This document shows, piece by piece, positions 52,058 through 62,901 of a DNA stretch of 64,000 nt. The stretch is from Alphaproteobacteria bacterium (GTDB taxonomy: Bacteria > Pseudomonadota > Alphaproteobacteria > Bin95). The position numbers were made by a program, and so were the translations under genes. The stretch lies in NCBI GenBank assembly GCA_964291285.2, contig OZ219786.1, positions 1,088,001-1,152,000 on the forward strand. The letters run 5' to 3'. The notes under the pieces are model-generated. The model saw only the letters and a list, made by a program, of their open reading frames with translations, ran no database searches and had not been told where the DNA came from. Positions within the stretch are counted from its first letter, which is position 1. Each line of letters starts with the position of its first letter.

Positions 52058-52185
52058 GAAGGGGTCTGCTTGGCCTGAAACGGGGAAGGAAGAAGCGCGG
52101 ACACAGCGGCCGGCCACTACGCCGCGTCGCGGACAGGGTTTATCATGGCGTCGGGCGTCACGCGAATGACGCGGACGAGGAGGGA

Positions 52186-53130
52186 ATGACGACGATGAGC
52201 CTGCCGCTGGACGACCGGACGCGCTTCGGGCTGATGACGCGCCTGCCGACGCCGGAGCTTGCCCGCAAGACGGTCGGGCTGCTGGACCGGCTGGAATTCG
52301 ACTCGATCTGGGTCGGCGATCATCTGGCCTTCACCTCGCCGATCCTGGACCCGTTCGTGCAGCTTTCCTATGCGGCCGCCCTGTCTTCGCGGCTCACCGT
52401 CGGAAGCGCCGTCTATCTGTTGCCGATGCGCCATCCGGCGGGGGTGGCGAAACAGGCGGCCTCGCTCGACCATCTGGCAGAAGGCCGGTTCGTCTTCGGC
52501 ATCGGCGTCGGGGGTGAGTTTCCGCCCGAATGGGAGCTTGCCGGCGTGCCGCACGGCGAGCGCGGCGCGCGCATGACCGAGTCCATCGAGGTGCTGCGCA
52601 AGCTCTGGACGGGCGAGCCGGTTGCCCATGAAGGCCGGTTCTTCCCCTTTTCGGAAGTCCACATGCAGCCGGCGGCGTTCACGCCCGGCGGGCCGCCAAT
52701 CTGGTGCGGCGGGCGCCAGCCGGCGGCGCTCAGGCGCGCCGGCCGGATGGCCGACGGCTACATGTCCTACGTCATCACGCCGGAGATGTTCTCGGACGCG
52801 CTCGACACCATCGCCACGGCGGCCGAAGAGGCTGGCCGCCAGGTCGGGACCTTCGGCACGTCCCACCTGCTCTTCTGCTGCATCGACGAGACCTATGAGA
52901 AGGCGCTCGACCGGGCGGCGGACCTGCTCTCGAAGCGCTATGCGATGGACTTCCGCAGGCCGGCCCGGCGCTATGCGGCGCTCGGCACGCCCGCCGACAT
53001 CGCGGAGAAGATCGCCGCCTTCCACAAGGCGGGCGTGCGCCACTTCAACCTCGACTTCATCGGCGACCAGCCCATGCGCATCGAGGGCCTGCACCGCTTC
53101 GCCGAAGAGGTCCGCCCGCTCATCGCCTGA
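52186..53130 (+). CDS. Luciferase-like (LLM) flavin- or F420-dependent oxidoreductase
   Basis: WVGDH, AKQAASLDHL..GRF.FGIGVGG, PPIW.GG. Confidence 0.85.
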   Translation: MTTMSLPLDDRTRFGLMTRLPTPELARKTVGLLDRLEFDSIWVGDHLAFTSPILDPFVQLSYAAALSSRLTVGSAVYLLPMRHPAGVAKQAASLDHLAEGRFVFGIGVGGEFPPEWELAGVPHGERGARMTESIEVLRKLWTGEPVAHEGRFFPFSEVHMQPAAFTPGGPPIWCGGRQPAALRRAGRMADGYMSYVITPEMFSDALDTIATAAEEAGRQVGTFGTSHLLFCCIDETYEKALDRAADLLSKRYAMDFRRPARRYAALGTPADIAEKIAAFHKAGVRHFNLDFIGDQPMRIEGLHRFAEEVRPLIA

Positions 53131-53944
53131 GCGAAGCGGCGGCTTCCCGCGCGGCCCGTTGCCCGTCCGCCGCGGCCTCGGCAAGCGAACCGGCGCGGCG
53201 GACGGCGCCGGCGGCGAACACGCCCTCGCCCGCCAGCGCCGTTACGGGCTCGAGGCCGATGAAGACGAACACGCCCGAGACCTCCAGCCGCCGCCCGCCT
53301 GCGAGCGTGACGCCCTCGACGCCGTTCCCGCCGTCTATGGAAGCGACCTCGCTGTTCCAGTGGAAGCTGAACTTCGGGTCGGCCGCCGCCCGCGCCCCGT
53401 AGCCAGGCCTGGCCCGGAGCCGCCCGCCGCGCACGATCATCGCAATCGAGCGCGCATAGCCGGCCAGGTGCAGCGCCTCCTGCAGGGCCGCGTCGCCGCC
53501 GCCCACCACGGCCACGTCGGCATCCCTGAAGAAGCCGGCGTCGCAGAAGGCGCATTGCGACACGCCGCGCCCGGTCAGCGCCTCCTCGCCCGGCACGCCC
53601 AGCCGGCGGAGCCGCGCGCCAGTCGCCGCCACGACCGCCTTCGCCCGGTACCGCCCGCCGCCGGCCGTCTCGACGATCCGGCGGCGGCCCTGCGCGTGGA
53701 CGGCCTCCACATGCTCCTCGTGGAAGCGCACGCCCGCCGCCGCCAGCCGGTCCTTCCAGCCATGGGCCAGCTCGGAGCCGCCAACGGCAGCCGGCCAGCC
53801 GTCGAGCGCGCCCACATTGGAAACGAGGCCGCCATAGAGCCCCGACTCGAACAGCGCCACCGCGAGCCCCTGCGAAACCGCCTCGTCCGCCGCCGCGAGC
53901 CCCGCAACGCCGCCGCCGACCACGACAAGGTCAAGCGGCCTCAC
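53120..53944 (-). CDS. Thioredoxin reductase-like FAD/NAD(P)H oxidoreductase
   Basis: GGGVAG, ATGA, GVSQCAFCD, VVGGGDAA; C-terminus shorter than canonical TrxB. Confidence 0.8.
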   Translation of the reverse strand: MRPLDLVVVGGGVAGLAAADEAVSQGLAVALFESGLYGGLVSNVGALDGWPAAVGGSELAHGWKDRLAAAGVRFHEEHVEAVHAQGRRRIVETAGGGRYRAKAVVAATGARLRRLGVPGEEALTGRGVSQCAFCDAGFFRDADVAVVGGGDAALQEALHLAGYARSIAMIVRGGRLRARPGYGARAAADPKFSFHWNSEVASIDGGNGVEGVTLAGGRRLEVSGVFVFIGLEPVTALAGEGVFAAGAVRRAGSLAEAAADGQRAAREAAASLRR

Positions 53945-55083
53945 GCGGCGATCTCCTTCACGATGCAGCAGGGCGGGAAGCCCCAGGACGGGAACCAGGC
54001 GCATTGCGGGATCGGGATGTCGCCGCCCGCAACGATCAGCACGATGTCCTCCGGCCGCGCGACGGCCGGCACGGCGTCTCCGCCCTCGGTCCATTCCGGC
54101 CAGCGCTCGCCGCCGATGAGGCGGGTGCGCAGCCAGAGCCTGTCGAAATCGGCGCGCGGCATCCGGCCCCGTCGCCAGAGCGCCTCCTTTGCGTCCACCT
54201 TCGACCAGCCCTGCCCCGCCAGCTCCTGCGCAACGAAGGGCGCCATCACCACCGCCGCCTTGCCCTCCCAAGCCATGTTGAAGGCCGAGGCGGCGGAGCC
54301 CATGACGCTTGCGAGGTCGTCCAGCCCGCCGGTGACATTGACCGCGGTCTCCGCCCGCATCAGCACCAGCACGTTCCCGCCGCCCAGCTCCTCATGCAGC
54401 GGCTCCCAGGGGTTGGCGGCTGCGTTCTCGGCCAGCACCATGGTGTAGCGCCCCGGCTGGCCGAGCCCGGCGAAGGAGACGGCCTCCGGCCAGCCGCCGC
54501 CGATATTGTTCATCACGAACCGGACCGCGCGCCCGATGGCGGCATTGGCCTGCCAGCCCGGCCCCAGCATGCCGAAGCCGGCATTCACCTCCAGCCTCTC
54601 GACGACCGGTCCGCTCAGCAGGATGAGCGGCGCCACGTTCTCGTCCGTCGTCTGCACGCCGCGCAGGTTGAAAACGGGGTCCGCGAGCGCCTCCACGGCA
54701 GCCACGACGACCGGGAAATGCTCCGGCGCACAGCCCGCCATGACGGCGTTGGCGGCCACGCGCTCCACCACCGCCACCCCCTTCAGCGGGTCGAGCTCGC
54801 CCAGGCTTTCGTTCCGCCCGCGCGCGCATCCGCGCAGCATGGCGTCCACCCGGTCCAAGGTCGGCGGCACGATGGGCAGGCCGTCTGTCCAGCCCCGCCG
54901 GTAGTAGAGCGCGCCCGCGTCCCCGCCGCGCAGCACCTCCACCCGCTGCCGGGGGAAGCGCCCGGCCTCTGTCAGCCGGGCGGTCATGCCCTTCTCGCGC
55001 GCCCGGCGGACGAGCGTGTCGTCGATCCACGCCCCGTTCGCCCGCTGCCCCGCCGGAATCAGCAGCCAGAGCGCCTCACCCAC
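53941..55083 (-). CDS. Uncharacterised protein, paralog of the selenoprotein C-terminal domain
   Basis: WTDGLPIVPPT and ANAVMAGC shared with 55091-56812. Confidence 0.75.
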   Translation of the reverse strand: MGEALWLLIPAGQRANGAWIDDTLVRRAREKGMTARLTEAGRFPRQRVEVLRGGDAGALYYRRGWTDGLPIVPPTLDRVDAMLRGCARGRNESLGELDPLKGVAVVERVAANAVMAGCAPEHFPVVVAAVEALADPVFNLRGVQTTDENVAPLILLSGPVVERLEVNAGFGMLGPGWQANAAIGRAVRFVMNNIGGGWPEAVSFAGLGQPGRYTMVLAENAAANPWEPLHEELGGGNVLVLMRAETAVNVTGGLDDLASVMGSAASAFNMAWEGKAAVVMAPFVAQELAGQGWSKVDAKEALWRRGRMPRADFDRLWLRTRLIGGERWPEWTEGGDAVPAVARPEDIVLIVAGGDIPIPQCAWFPSWGFPPCCIVKEIAA

Positions 55084-55090
55084 GCCGCGT

Positions 55091-56812
55091 TCAGCCGGCG
55101 GCCAGCCGGGCTTCCCAGTCCGCCGGGAGTTCGATCTCGCGGGTCACCGGGAAGCCGAGAATGCCGTTATGCGCGAACACATAGGCGTTGGTGCACAGCG
55201 GGTCGCCCGCGACCGCAATCCCGAAATCGTCGGGCTCGCAGACGATGGGCACCATCCGGTCCGGGTCGTCGGACTCGGCGAAGACCTCCGGCGCCCTGCC
55301 GAGCGCCACCAGCTCCGTCAGCGAGCGGTGGCCCGGCACCAGGTTGGTCCAGCCCGAGATATACCGCTCGAACTTCCGGGCCGGCATCCGCGCATGCTCG
55401 TAGAGCCAGTCGCGCATGTCGTCCTTGGAGAGCCCCGAACCGGCGATGGTCTCGGCCAGGATCGGCGAGTGCACCAGCAGCGGCCGGTAGGTGCCGGTCG
55501 CCATGCCGACGGTGAAGACCAGCTCCCAGCCCGACTGCTTGACCAGCGCGTCGGCCAGATAGGGCAGCATCTCCTCCGCCCGGCGGCCGAAGACGGACGT
55601 CACCACATCGCCGCCGGTATAGCGGGAGACGGTGACGGCGTTGGCGCCTTCCGGCAGGCCCATGTCGGTCGCCGTGTTCGGCCAGCCGATGCGCTTCAGC
55701 ACGTCCTCGTTCTCGGCGAGCGCCACCCGCCAGGTGTTGCCGAAGGTGCCCTTGTCGGTCTCGTGCGGGATGAAGCCCGCGACATTGCGCAGATAGAGCC
55801 GCCAGAAGCGCCCGACCGAGGTGTTGGCCTGGAACCCGTCCCTGAGCGCGCCCTGCTCGTAGTTGAAGCCGAGCGCCTTCGCGATCGGGCCGTTGACGGT
55901 AATCAGCGTCTCCGCCCCCGGCGTGTTGCCGGAATGCTCGACGCCGTATTCCGGGTCCGCCATCGCCTCGGCCAGCGCCACCAGCACCGGCATGTATTCC
56001 GGCCGGCAGCCGGCCATGACGCCGTTTGCGGCCACATTCCAGACCGTCGCCGCGCGGTTGTCCGGCGGCAGCTTGCCGAGCACGGTGTCCGCAGGCCGGT
56101 CCGAGAAGGCCAGGAAACGCTCGATCTTCTCCACCGAGGGCGGCACCACCGGCAGCCCGTCCGACCAGCGGTTCTCGTAGAAGAGGCGGTTCACCTCCTC
56201 GAAACTGCCCTCGAACACGATGTCGCGCGCCTCGGGCTCGACGGTCTCCACGGCCTCGTCCGGCGGCTCGGTCAGGTTCGCGATCACCGCGTCCAGGGTC
56301 TCGCCCAGCACGTTGGAGCGGAGCTCGTTGTCGGTCTGCGTATCGACATGGCCGGCCACCGGCGCGAGCGGCAGGTTCGGCATGCCGAGCCCGACGGCCG
56401 TGGTGCCCGCCTGGCCGACAAAGCCCTCGCAGACCAGCGATGAGGACGGCACGCCCGCCGCTTCGGCCACTGCGCTCACCCGCAACACGGCGGGAGTGCA
56501 GGAGCCTCAGCAGCCCATCCCGGAGATGACGGCGTCGGCCTTGAGTTCCTTCAGCCGGTCCGGCAGCGAGGCGATGATCTCGCGCTCCTCGTCGCCGTGC
56601 GTGGAGCCGAAGACGTCGTAGCCGATGAAATCGACGCCCGGATAGCGTTCCGCCAGCCCGTCGGCCAGCATCGGGAAGATTTCGTCGCCCCGGAACAGGT
56701 AGTCCCAGAGGAAGGCGACGCGCTTGCCCTCCAGATTGTCGAGGCGCGGCGCCAGCGCCTGCAGTTCCTGCGCCTTTTCGCCCCGGGGCCAGACGACCGC
56801 ATAGTCGGCCAT
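55091..56812 (-). CDS. UGSC-family selenoprotein fusion (573 aa, Sec at TGA 56509-56507)
   Basis: ORFs 56507-56812 and 55091-56488 are in frame; read-through gives SGMGC-U-GSCTPAVLR. Confidence 0.82.
56475..56496 (-). promoter_or_regulatory. Putative bacterial SECIS hairpin
   Basis: CUCCCGC-CGUGUU-GCGGGUGAG begins 10 nt 3' of the UGA. Confidence 0.6.
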
Positions 56813-56914
56813 GGGTTCGTTCTCCCGCTTGAATTGCCGTCGCCGCGAGGCTGCGACCGGAGGCCTCCCGCGTCAAGGCTGCCGCAGGCGCACATCTCCG
56901 GAAGCCCCCTGCGA

Positions 56915-57192
56915 CGTGTCATGGAATGTCATGTTTTGTCATGTTCCGGGGGCGGAATGTCATGTTCTGTCACGGTCCGGTCTGCGCTCCGGTCGCCTGG
57001 GTTGCTTCGGATCGTTCGTTCCCGGGGCATCTCGGCCTCCTTTCCGTTGCCGGTTTCCACCGCCGGTTCGTCCCTTGCGGCGGGACCCTAGTTTCGCGCG
57101 TATCGCGCCCGCCTGTCCGCGCGCGTCGCCGCCGGCGCGGTTCGCGCGCCTGATTGCGCCCGTGCGCGCGACGCGGGCGCACAGGCGCACCT
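56915..57192 (-). repeat. CATGACA-terminated element, copy D (left part; continues at 60470)
   Basis: Same 27-nt TGTCATG triple as copy A; mini-ORF 56929-57030 (33 aa, ends HDKT) with AGGAGG; leader motifs. Confidence 0.8.
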
Positions 57193-57357
57193 TGTATCTC
57201 TCCGGATCGTTGTTGCAGCTATAGTCGCAACAGCGGGAGCGGACGGGAGACCGCTAGCCCGACTTCCGCAACTCGGCTTGAGAATCGACTGATTTGACGG
57301 TTTTCCGGCGCGAGAAGTGTCGGATTTCGGTGCAGTACCTCTCGGGACCGGCTTGTA

Positions 57358-59157
57358 GTGCCGACCTACCCCCTTGATCGGGCTGGCGAAGATCCGGACG
57401 CTGCGCTGATGTTCGTGCGCTGCAAGAGACGCTTCAAGGACGGCAAGGAGCACCGCTACTGGAGCGTTGTGGAGAACGTCCGGGTCCACGGCGGTCGGGT
57501 TGTTCAGCGTCAGGTGCTCTATCTCGGGGAGATCAACGACAGCCAGCGAGCGGCGTGGTGCCGCTCGATCGAGGTGGTGGAGGGCAAGTCGCGATCACGG
57601 CAGATGGCGCTGTTTCCCGAGGACCGGGAGGCGCCGGCGCTGACTTGCGAAGTGGTGAAGATCGACCTCTCGCAGGTGGCGCTTCACGACCCGCGCCAGT
57701 GGGGGGCGTGCTGGCTGGCGCTGTCCTTGTGGGACCGCCTGGACCTGGACCGCTTCTGGGAAGAGCGGCTGCCGGCGAGCCGGCAAGGCACGCGGTGGCT
57801 GGACATCCTGAAGATCCAGGTCTGCTACCGGCTGATCGACCCGGGCAGCGAGTGGCGCCTTCACCGTCACTGGTATGAGCACAGCGCGCTTCGCGATCTT
57901 CTGGGTGGCGAGCGGGCGATCGCCGACGACACACTCTATCGCTGTCTCGACAAGCTGCTGGCGCACAAGCAGGGCTTCTTCTCGTTTCTGCGCGACCGCT
58001 GGGCGACGCTGTTCGAGGCGCGCTTCGACGTGCTGCTCTACGACCTGACCTCGACCTACTTCGAGAGCGATCCGCCGTTCGATGACAAGCGCCGCTTCGG
58101 CTACAGCCGGGACAAGCGGCCCGACTGCGTGCAGGTGGTGATCGCCCTGATCGTTACGCCGCAGGGCTTTCCGCTGGCCTATGAGGTGATGCCGGGCAAC
58201 ACCTCCGACGACACCACGCTGGCGGCGTTCCTCAAGAAGATCGAGGATCAGTATGGCCGCTCCGAGCGGGTGTGGATCATGGACCGCGGCATCCCCACCG
58301 AGGAGACGCTGGCCGCGATGCGCGAGGGCGAGGCGCCGGTGCGCTACCTGGTGGGCACGCCCAAGGGCCGGCTGACGCGGCTCGAGAAGGTGTTCCTGGG
58401 CCTGCCCTGGCAGGAGGTGCGCCAGTCCGTGACTGTCAAGCTTCTGGTCGAGGATGGCGAGCTCTACGTCCTGGTGCGCAGCGAGGGGCGGCAGGTGAAG
58501 GAACGCGGCATGCGCCGGCGCCGGCTGAAGAGGCTGTGGCGTCGATTGGCCGAGTTGCAAGGGCAGTCGAACAGCCGGGATCAGTTGTTGCTCAAGCTCG
58601 GCGCCGCCAGGAAGGAGGCCGGCCGGGCCTGGAGCCTGGTCGACATCACCGTGCCCGGGACCGACAGCGAACTCGCCGCCAACGGCTTCTCATTCCGCCT
58701 GCAGCGCGACCGGCTGCGCCAGGTCCGCCGCCGCGAGGGCCGTTACCTGCTGCGATCCAACATGGTCGCCGAAGACCCCGCCACGCTGTGGCATCTGTAC
58801 ATGCAGCTCGTCGAGATCGAGCAGGCGTTCAAGGAACTCAAGCACGACCTCGCGATCCGCCCCATCTTCCATCAGCGCCAAGAGCGCATCGAGGCGCATA
58901 TCTTCGTCTCGTTCATCGCCTACTGCCTGCTGGTGACCCTGAAGAACCTCGCCCGGCCGCGCGCCCCGGGCCTCACCCCACGCGCCATCCTTGAGGCCTT
59001 CGCCACCATCCAGATGGTGGACGTCCATCTGCCAACCACCGACGGCCGGCACCTCGTCCTGCCGCGCCACACCCGGCCGAACAAGGAGCACGAGCTACTG
59101 CTGCAACAGCTCGGCATGACCTGGCCGCAGCAACCCGCACCCCGGATCTCCGCCTGA
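57358..59157 (+). CDS. IS1634-family DDE transposase
   Basis: Protein identical to 6748-8547. Confidence 0.9.
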   Translation: MPTYPLDRAGEDPDAALMFVRCKRRFKDGKEHRYWSVVENVRVHGGRVVQRQVLYLGEINDSQRAAWCRSIEVVEGKSRSRQMALFPEDREAPALTCEVVKIDLSQVALHDPRQWGACWLALSLWDRLDLDRFWEERLPASRQGTRWLDILKIQVCYRLIDPGSEWRLHRHWYEHSALRDLLGGERAIADDTLYRCLDKLLAHKQGFFSFLRDRWATLFEARFDVLLYDLTSTYFESDPPFDDKRRFGYSRDKRPDCVQVVIALIVTPQGFPLAYEVMPGNTSDDTTLAAFLKKIEDQYGRSERVWIMDRGIPTEETLAAMREGEAPVRYLVGTPKGRLTRLEKVFLGLPWQEVRQSVTVKLLVEDGELYVLVRSEGRQVKERGMRRRRLKRLWRRLAELQGQSNSRDQLLLKLGAARKEAGRAWSLVDITVPGTDSELAANGFSFRLQRDRLRQVRRREGRYLLRSNMVAEDPATLWHLYMQLVEIEQAFKELKHDLAIRPIFHQRQERIEAHIFVSFIAYCLLVTLKNLARPRAPGLTPRAILEAFATIQMVDVHLPTTDGRHLVLPRHTRPNKEHELLLQQLGMTWPQQPAPRISA

Positions 59158-59237
59158 CGGCACACGGCGCCGCCTCTCCGTTCGCCGCCTTGTAGTGCCG
59201 ACCCTCGGGGAGACGATCAAGGCTATTCAATGAGTTA

Positions 59238-59369
59238 TACCAACGGTCGTTGATTGGAACCTATAGCAGAGCCTCCCTCCGCAGCTCGCCCCCTGAGCCG
59301 AGGCCTCCTACTGCAAGAGGTAATCTCCGCCGAGAGAGGCTAATCGGTTCTTATCTGTGGCCGGTGGTA
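59238..59369. mobile_element. 132-bp MITE inside IS1634-like copy 2
   Basis: Absent from copy 1; imperfect 24-bp IR TACCA.CGG.C...GAT..GAACC; TTA duplicated (59235-59237, 59370-59372). Confidence 0.85.
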
Positions 59370-59384
59370 TTAGCATCCTCATGA

Positions 59385-60452
<1,068 letters not shown>

Positions 60453-60469
60453 CCGACAACACAGTCGCT

Positions 60470-60645
60470 CTCCTGTCCGCTCTCGCCGGGGGTTTTGCGG
60501 CCCCCCAGCCATGCTTCCCTGCGCAGAAAAGCGGAAAGGCGGCCCCGGGAGCCGCCTTTCTCTCATGCCTATTCTACACCATTTCGCTGAAAGTCAAGCT
60601 CATGAGGGAACAAAAGATGGAAATATCGGGTGATTTTCTTACAAC
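60470..60645 (-). repeat. CATGACA-terminated element, copy D (right part with promoter-like box)
   Basis: TTGACT-N15-TAGAAT-AGG on minus strand (60568-60597); right boundary approximate. Confidence 0.7.
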
Positions 60646-60707
60646 CCGTTGAACCGGCGGGACAATCTCATGCCGGCGGCCCCGATTTGGGCTCATGTCC
60701 TATTCTC

Positions 60708-60756
60708 GTCATGCCCGGCCCCGGAACAGGTCCGACGATATGGGGACGGGCATGAC
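60708..60756. repeat. REP-like palindrome
   Basis: CGTCATGCCCG ... CGGGCATGACG inverted repeat downstream of the UbiD-like gene. Confidence 0.55.
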
Positions 60757-60789
60757 GGACGACGCCCGCGCCACCCTCCCCGGAACGGC

Positions 60790-62172
60790 TCAGGCGGCGT
60801 ATTTCCGGACCAGCTCGCGCGCTCGCGCGGCCGCGTCTTCGGGAATCGTATGGCGGGGCGGGAAGTCGCCGGCGGGCCTGGTCGCGTCGATCATCATCTT
60901 GGCTGTCAGCCCGTCATGGTTGGACGGGTCGAGGATCGCGCCCATGCAGTTCTTCAGGATGTCCACATCCCGGTCCGCCTGCATGCGGGTGCAGACGGCC
61001 CACATCACGTCCCGGTCGCTCGCGATATCGACATCGTCATCGACGACGATGGCCAGTTTCAGGCTGAGGTCTTCGCCGAGCGCAGCCGCGGCCGCGTTCT
61101 TCGCCTGGCCGGGGGCGGGATTCTTCATGGCGATATAGACATGCATCCGGCAGGTGCCGGATTTCGGCATCGCGACGCCGGTGACATTGGGATAGTTCTG
61201 GCGCAGCACCTTGAGCAGCCGCGCCTCCATCGGCACCGCCAGAAGGCCGGTATGCTCGTCGGAAATGCCCGGCACGATATCCTGGTAGATCGCGTCCTCG
61301 CGGTGCAGGATCGCCGAGACCTCGATGACATGGCGGGTCGAGCGCGCCGAGGCATAGCCGGTGAACTCGGCGAACGGCCCCTCGTCCGCCTCCTCGCCGG
61401 GGACGATACGGCCCTCGATGACGAACTCGGCGAAGGCCGGCGCCTCGACCGGCACTGTCACGCCCCGGACCAACTCAAGAGGCCGCCCCATGAAGCCGCC
61501 GGCGACGGCGTATTCGTCGGCGTCCATGGGCCCCTTCCAGAGGCCGCTGCCAAAGGCGAACAGCGGATGGTGCCCGATGACGATGGACACCGGGATCGAC
61601 TCGCCCCGTTCGGCGGCGCGCTGCGCATAGTTCCAGAGATGCCGGCGGCTGTGCAGGCTGGTGCCGAAACGGGTCCGGCCCATGACCTGCAGCCGGTGGT
61701 AGCTGGCATTGCGCACCCCGCTGTCGGGGTCTCGCGCAACGACGATGCCGTTGGTGACATAGCGGCCGCCGTCCTCCGCGAAATGGTTCATGATCGGCAG
61801 CGCGCCGAGATCGACATCGCCTCCCGTTACCACCCTGTCCAGAACGGGGCCCGTTTCCAGGACCACCGGCTCGATGGTCCCGTCGCCGAGCCCGCTCCAG
61901 GTCCCGATCAGCTCCGTCTCGCCGACGCCGAGCGCCCGGGCGTAGCGGCGGCGGTCGCCGAAAAGGTTGGCGACGACGGGGAAGGGCGAGTCCCCGACCC
62001 TGTCGAAGCGGATCACCGGCGCGCGGCCCTGCCTCTCCAGTTCCATCGCCACTGCCGTTGCGTCGAAGTCGAGGGCGACCGGCTCCGGAATGCGCAGGAT
62101 GCTTGCCGGGTCCGCCGCTTCCAGGTCTTCCAGGAAGGATCTGAGGTCGAGCGTTCTTTCGTTCGGTCGCAT
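60790..62172 (-). CDS. UbiD-family prFMN decarboxylase
   Basis: DGGRYV, N.SYHR, EGPFAEFTGY, VVDDDVD. Confidence 0.9.
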   Translation of the reverse strand: MRPNERTLDLRSFLEDLEAADPASILRIPEPVALDFDATAVAMELERQGRAPVIRFDRVGDSPFPVVANLFGDRRRYARALGVGETELIGTWSGLGDGTIEPVVLETGPVLDRVVTGGDVDLGALPIMNHFAEDGGRYVTNGIVVARDPDSGVRNASYHRLQVMGRTRFGTSLHSRRHLWNYAQRAAERGESIPVSIVIGHHPLFAFGSGLWKGPMDADEYAVAGGFMGRPLELVRGVTVPVEAPAFAEFVIEGRIVPGEEADEGPFAEFTGYASARSTRHVIEVSAILHREDAIYQDIVPGISDEHTGLLAVPMEARLLKVLRQNYPNVTGVAMPKSGTCRMHVYIAMKNPAPGQAKNAAAAALGEDLSLKLAIVVDDDVDIASDRDVMWAVCTRMQADRDVDILKNCMGAILDPSNHDGLTAKMMIDATRPAGDFPPRHTIPEDAAARARELVRKYAA

Positions 62173-62283
62173 GGGCTGGCTCCCCTGCCGGCTTCCCGTC
62201 CGTTCTTCCGACGGCGAAGGCGGTTGCTATACACTATGCGCGCCCGGCAGGGGCGTTGAACCTTAGCGATCCGGAGACCTCTC

Positions 62284-62679
62284 ATGCCGCTCACCCTTCA
62301 GGAAGCCAACCGTGTCGCCGCGGCCGCCATCGCGCATGCGGAGAGTCTCGGCATCCTCATTTGCGTTTCGGTCTCGGATGCCGGTGGGCGTCTCGTCGCC
62401 TTCCAGCGCATGGACGGCGCGATCTGGGCCGCCGTCTATGGCTCGCAGGGCAAGGCCGCCGCATCAGCCGCCTTCGGCCGGCCGAGCGGCGACCTGACCG
62501 AACGCGCGGACCACCCGACCTTCCGGGGGATCGCTGCGGCCGACGGCGGGCGCATGATTTTCGGACAGGGCGGCGTGCCGATCCTCCGCGACGGACAGGT
62601 CATCGGCGCCTGCGGCGTCGGCGGCGGCACCGGGGAGGAGGACGAGGACTGCGCGCGCGCCGGCGCGGCCTGCCTCTGA
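62284..62679 (+). CDS. GlcG/HbpS-family heme-binding protein
   Basis: RMDGA, GGVPI, GACGVGG...D. Confidence 0.85.
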   Translation: MPLTLQEANRVAAAAIAHAESLGILICVSVSDAGGRLVAFQRMDGAIWAAVYGSQGKAAASAAFGRPSGDLTERADHPTFRGIAAADGGRMIFGQGGVPILRDGQVIGACGVGGGTGEEDEDCARAGAACL

Positions 62680-62740
62680 ACGCCGGTCCGCATCCGGGGG
62701 GCCGGCGAAGCGTTCGGGCGGGACATGCCGGAACGAAAGA

Positions 62741-62828
62741 TGGTGCCCAGGAGAAGACTCGAACTTCCACGGCCTTGCGGCCACAGGTACCTGAAACCTG
62801 CGCGTCTACCAAATTCCGCCACCTGGGC
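62741..62828 (-). tRNA. tRNA-Leu(CAG)
   Basis: GCCCAGG acceptor stem, anticodon arm CAGGT-TTCAGGT-ACCTG, long variable arm, GTTCGAG, encoded CCA. Confidence 0.97.
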
Positions 62829-62849
62829 ATGGGGCCGGCGGGAGACGGC

Positions 62850-62878
62850 GTGATAAGAGGAAGGCGCACATCTGTCAA
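62850..62878 (-). promoter_or_regulatory. Sigma70-type promoter of tRNA-Leu
   Basis: TTGACA-N17-TATCAC upstream of the tRNA. Confidence 0.6.
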
Positions 62879-62901
62879 CGACCGGACAGGACAATCATCC
62901 C

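Noticed and set aside
56915-56972. TGTCATG repeats as a CRISPR array
   Set aside because: Units are about 7 bp with 2-3 bp gaps; there are no 25-45 bp spacers and no cas genes.
60608-60624. Alphaproteobacterial LexA box near the copy D promoter-like box
   Set aside because: GAAC-N8-GAAA does not fit GAAC-N7-GAAC and is not conserved in the other copies.
62741-62828. tRNA-Leu as integration site for the IS-rich region
   Set aside because: I saw no duplicate of the tRNA 3' end and no integrase in the window.
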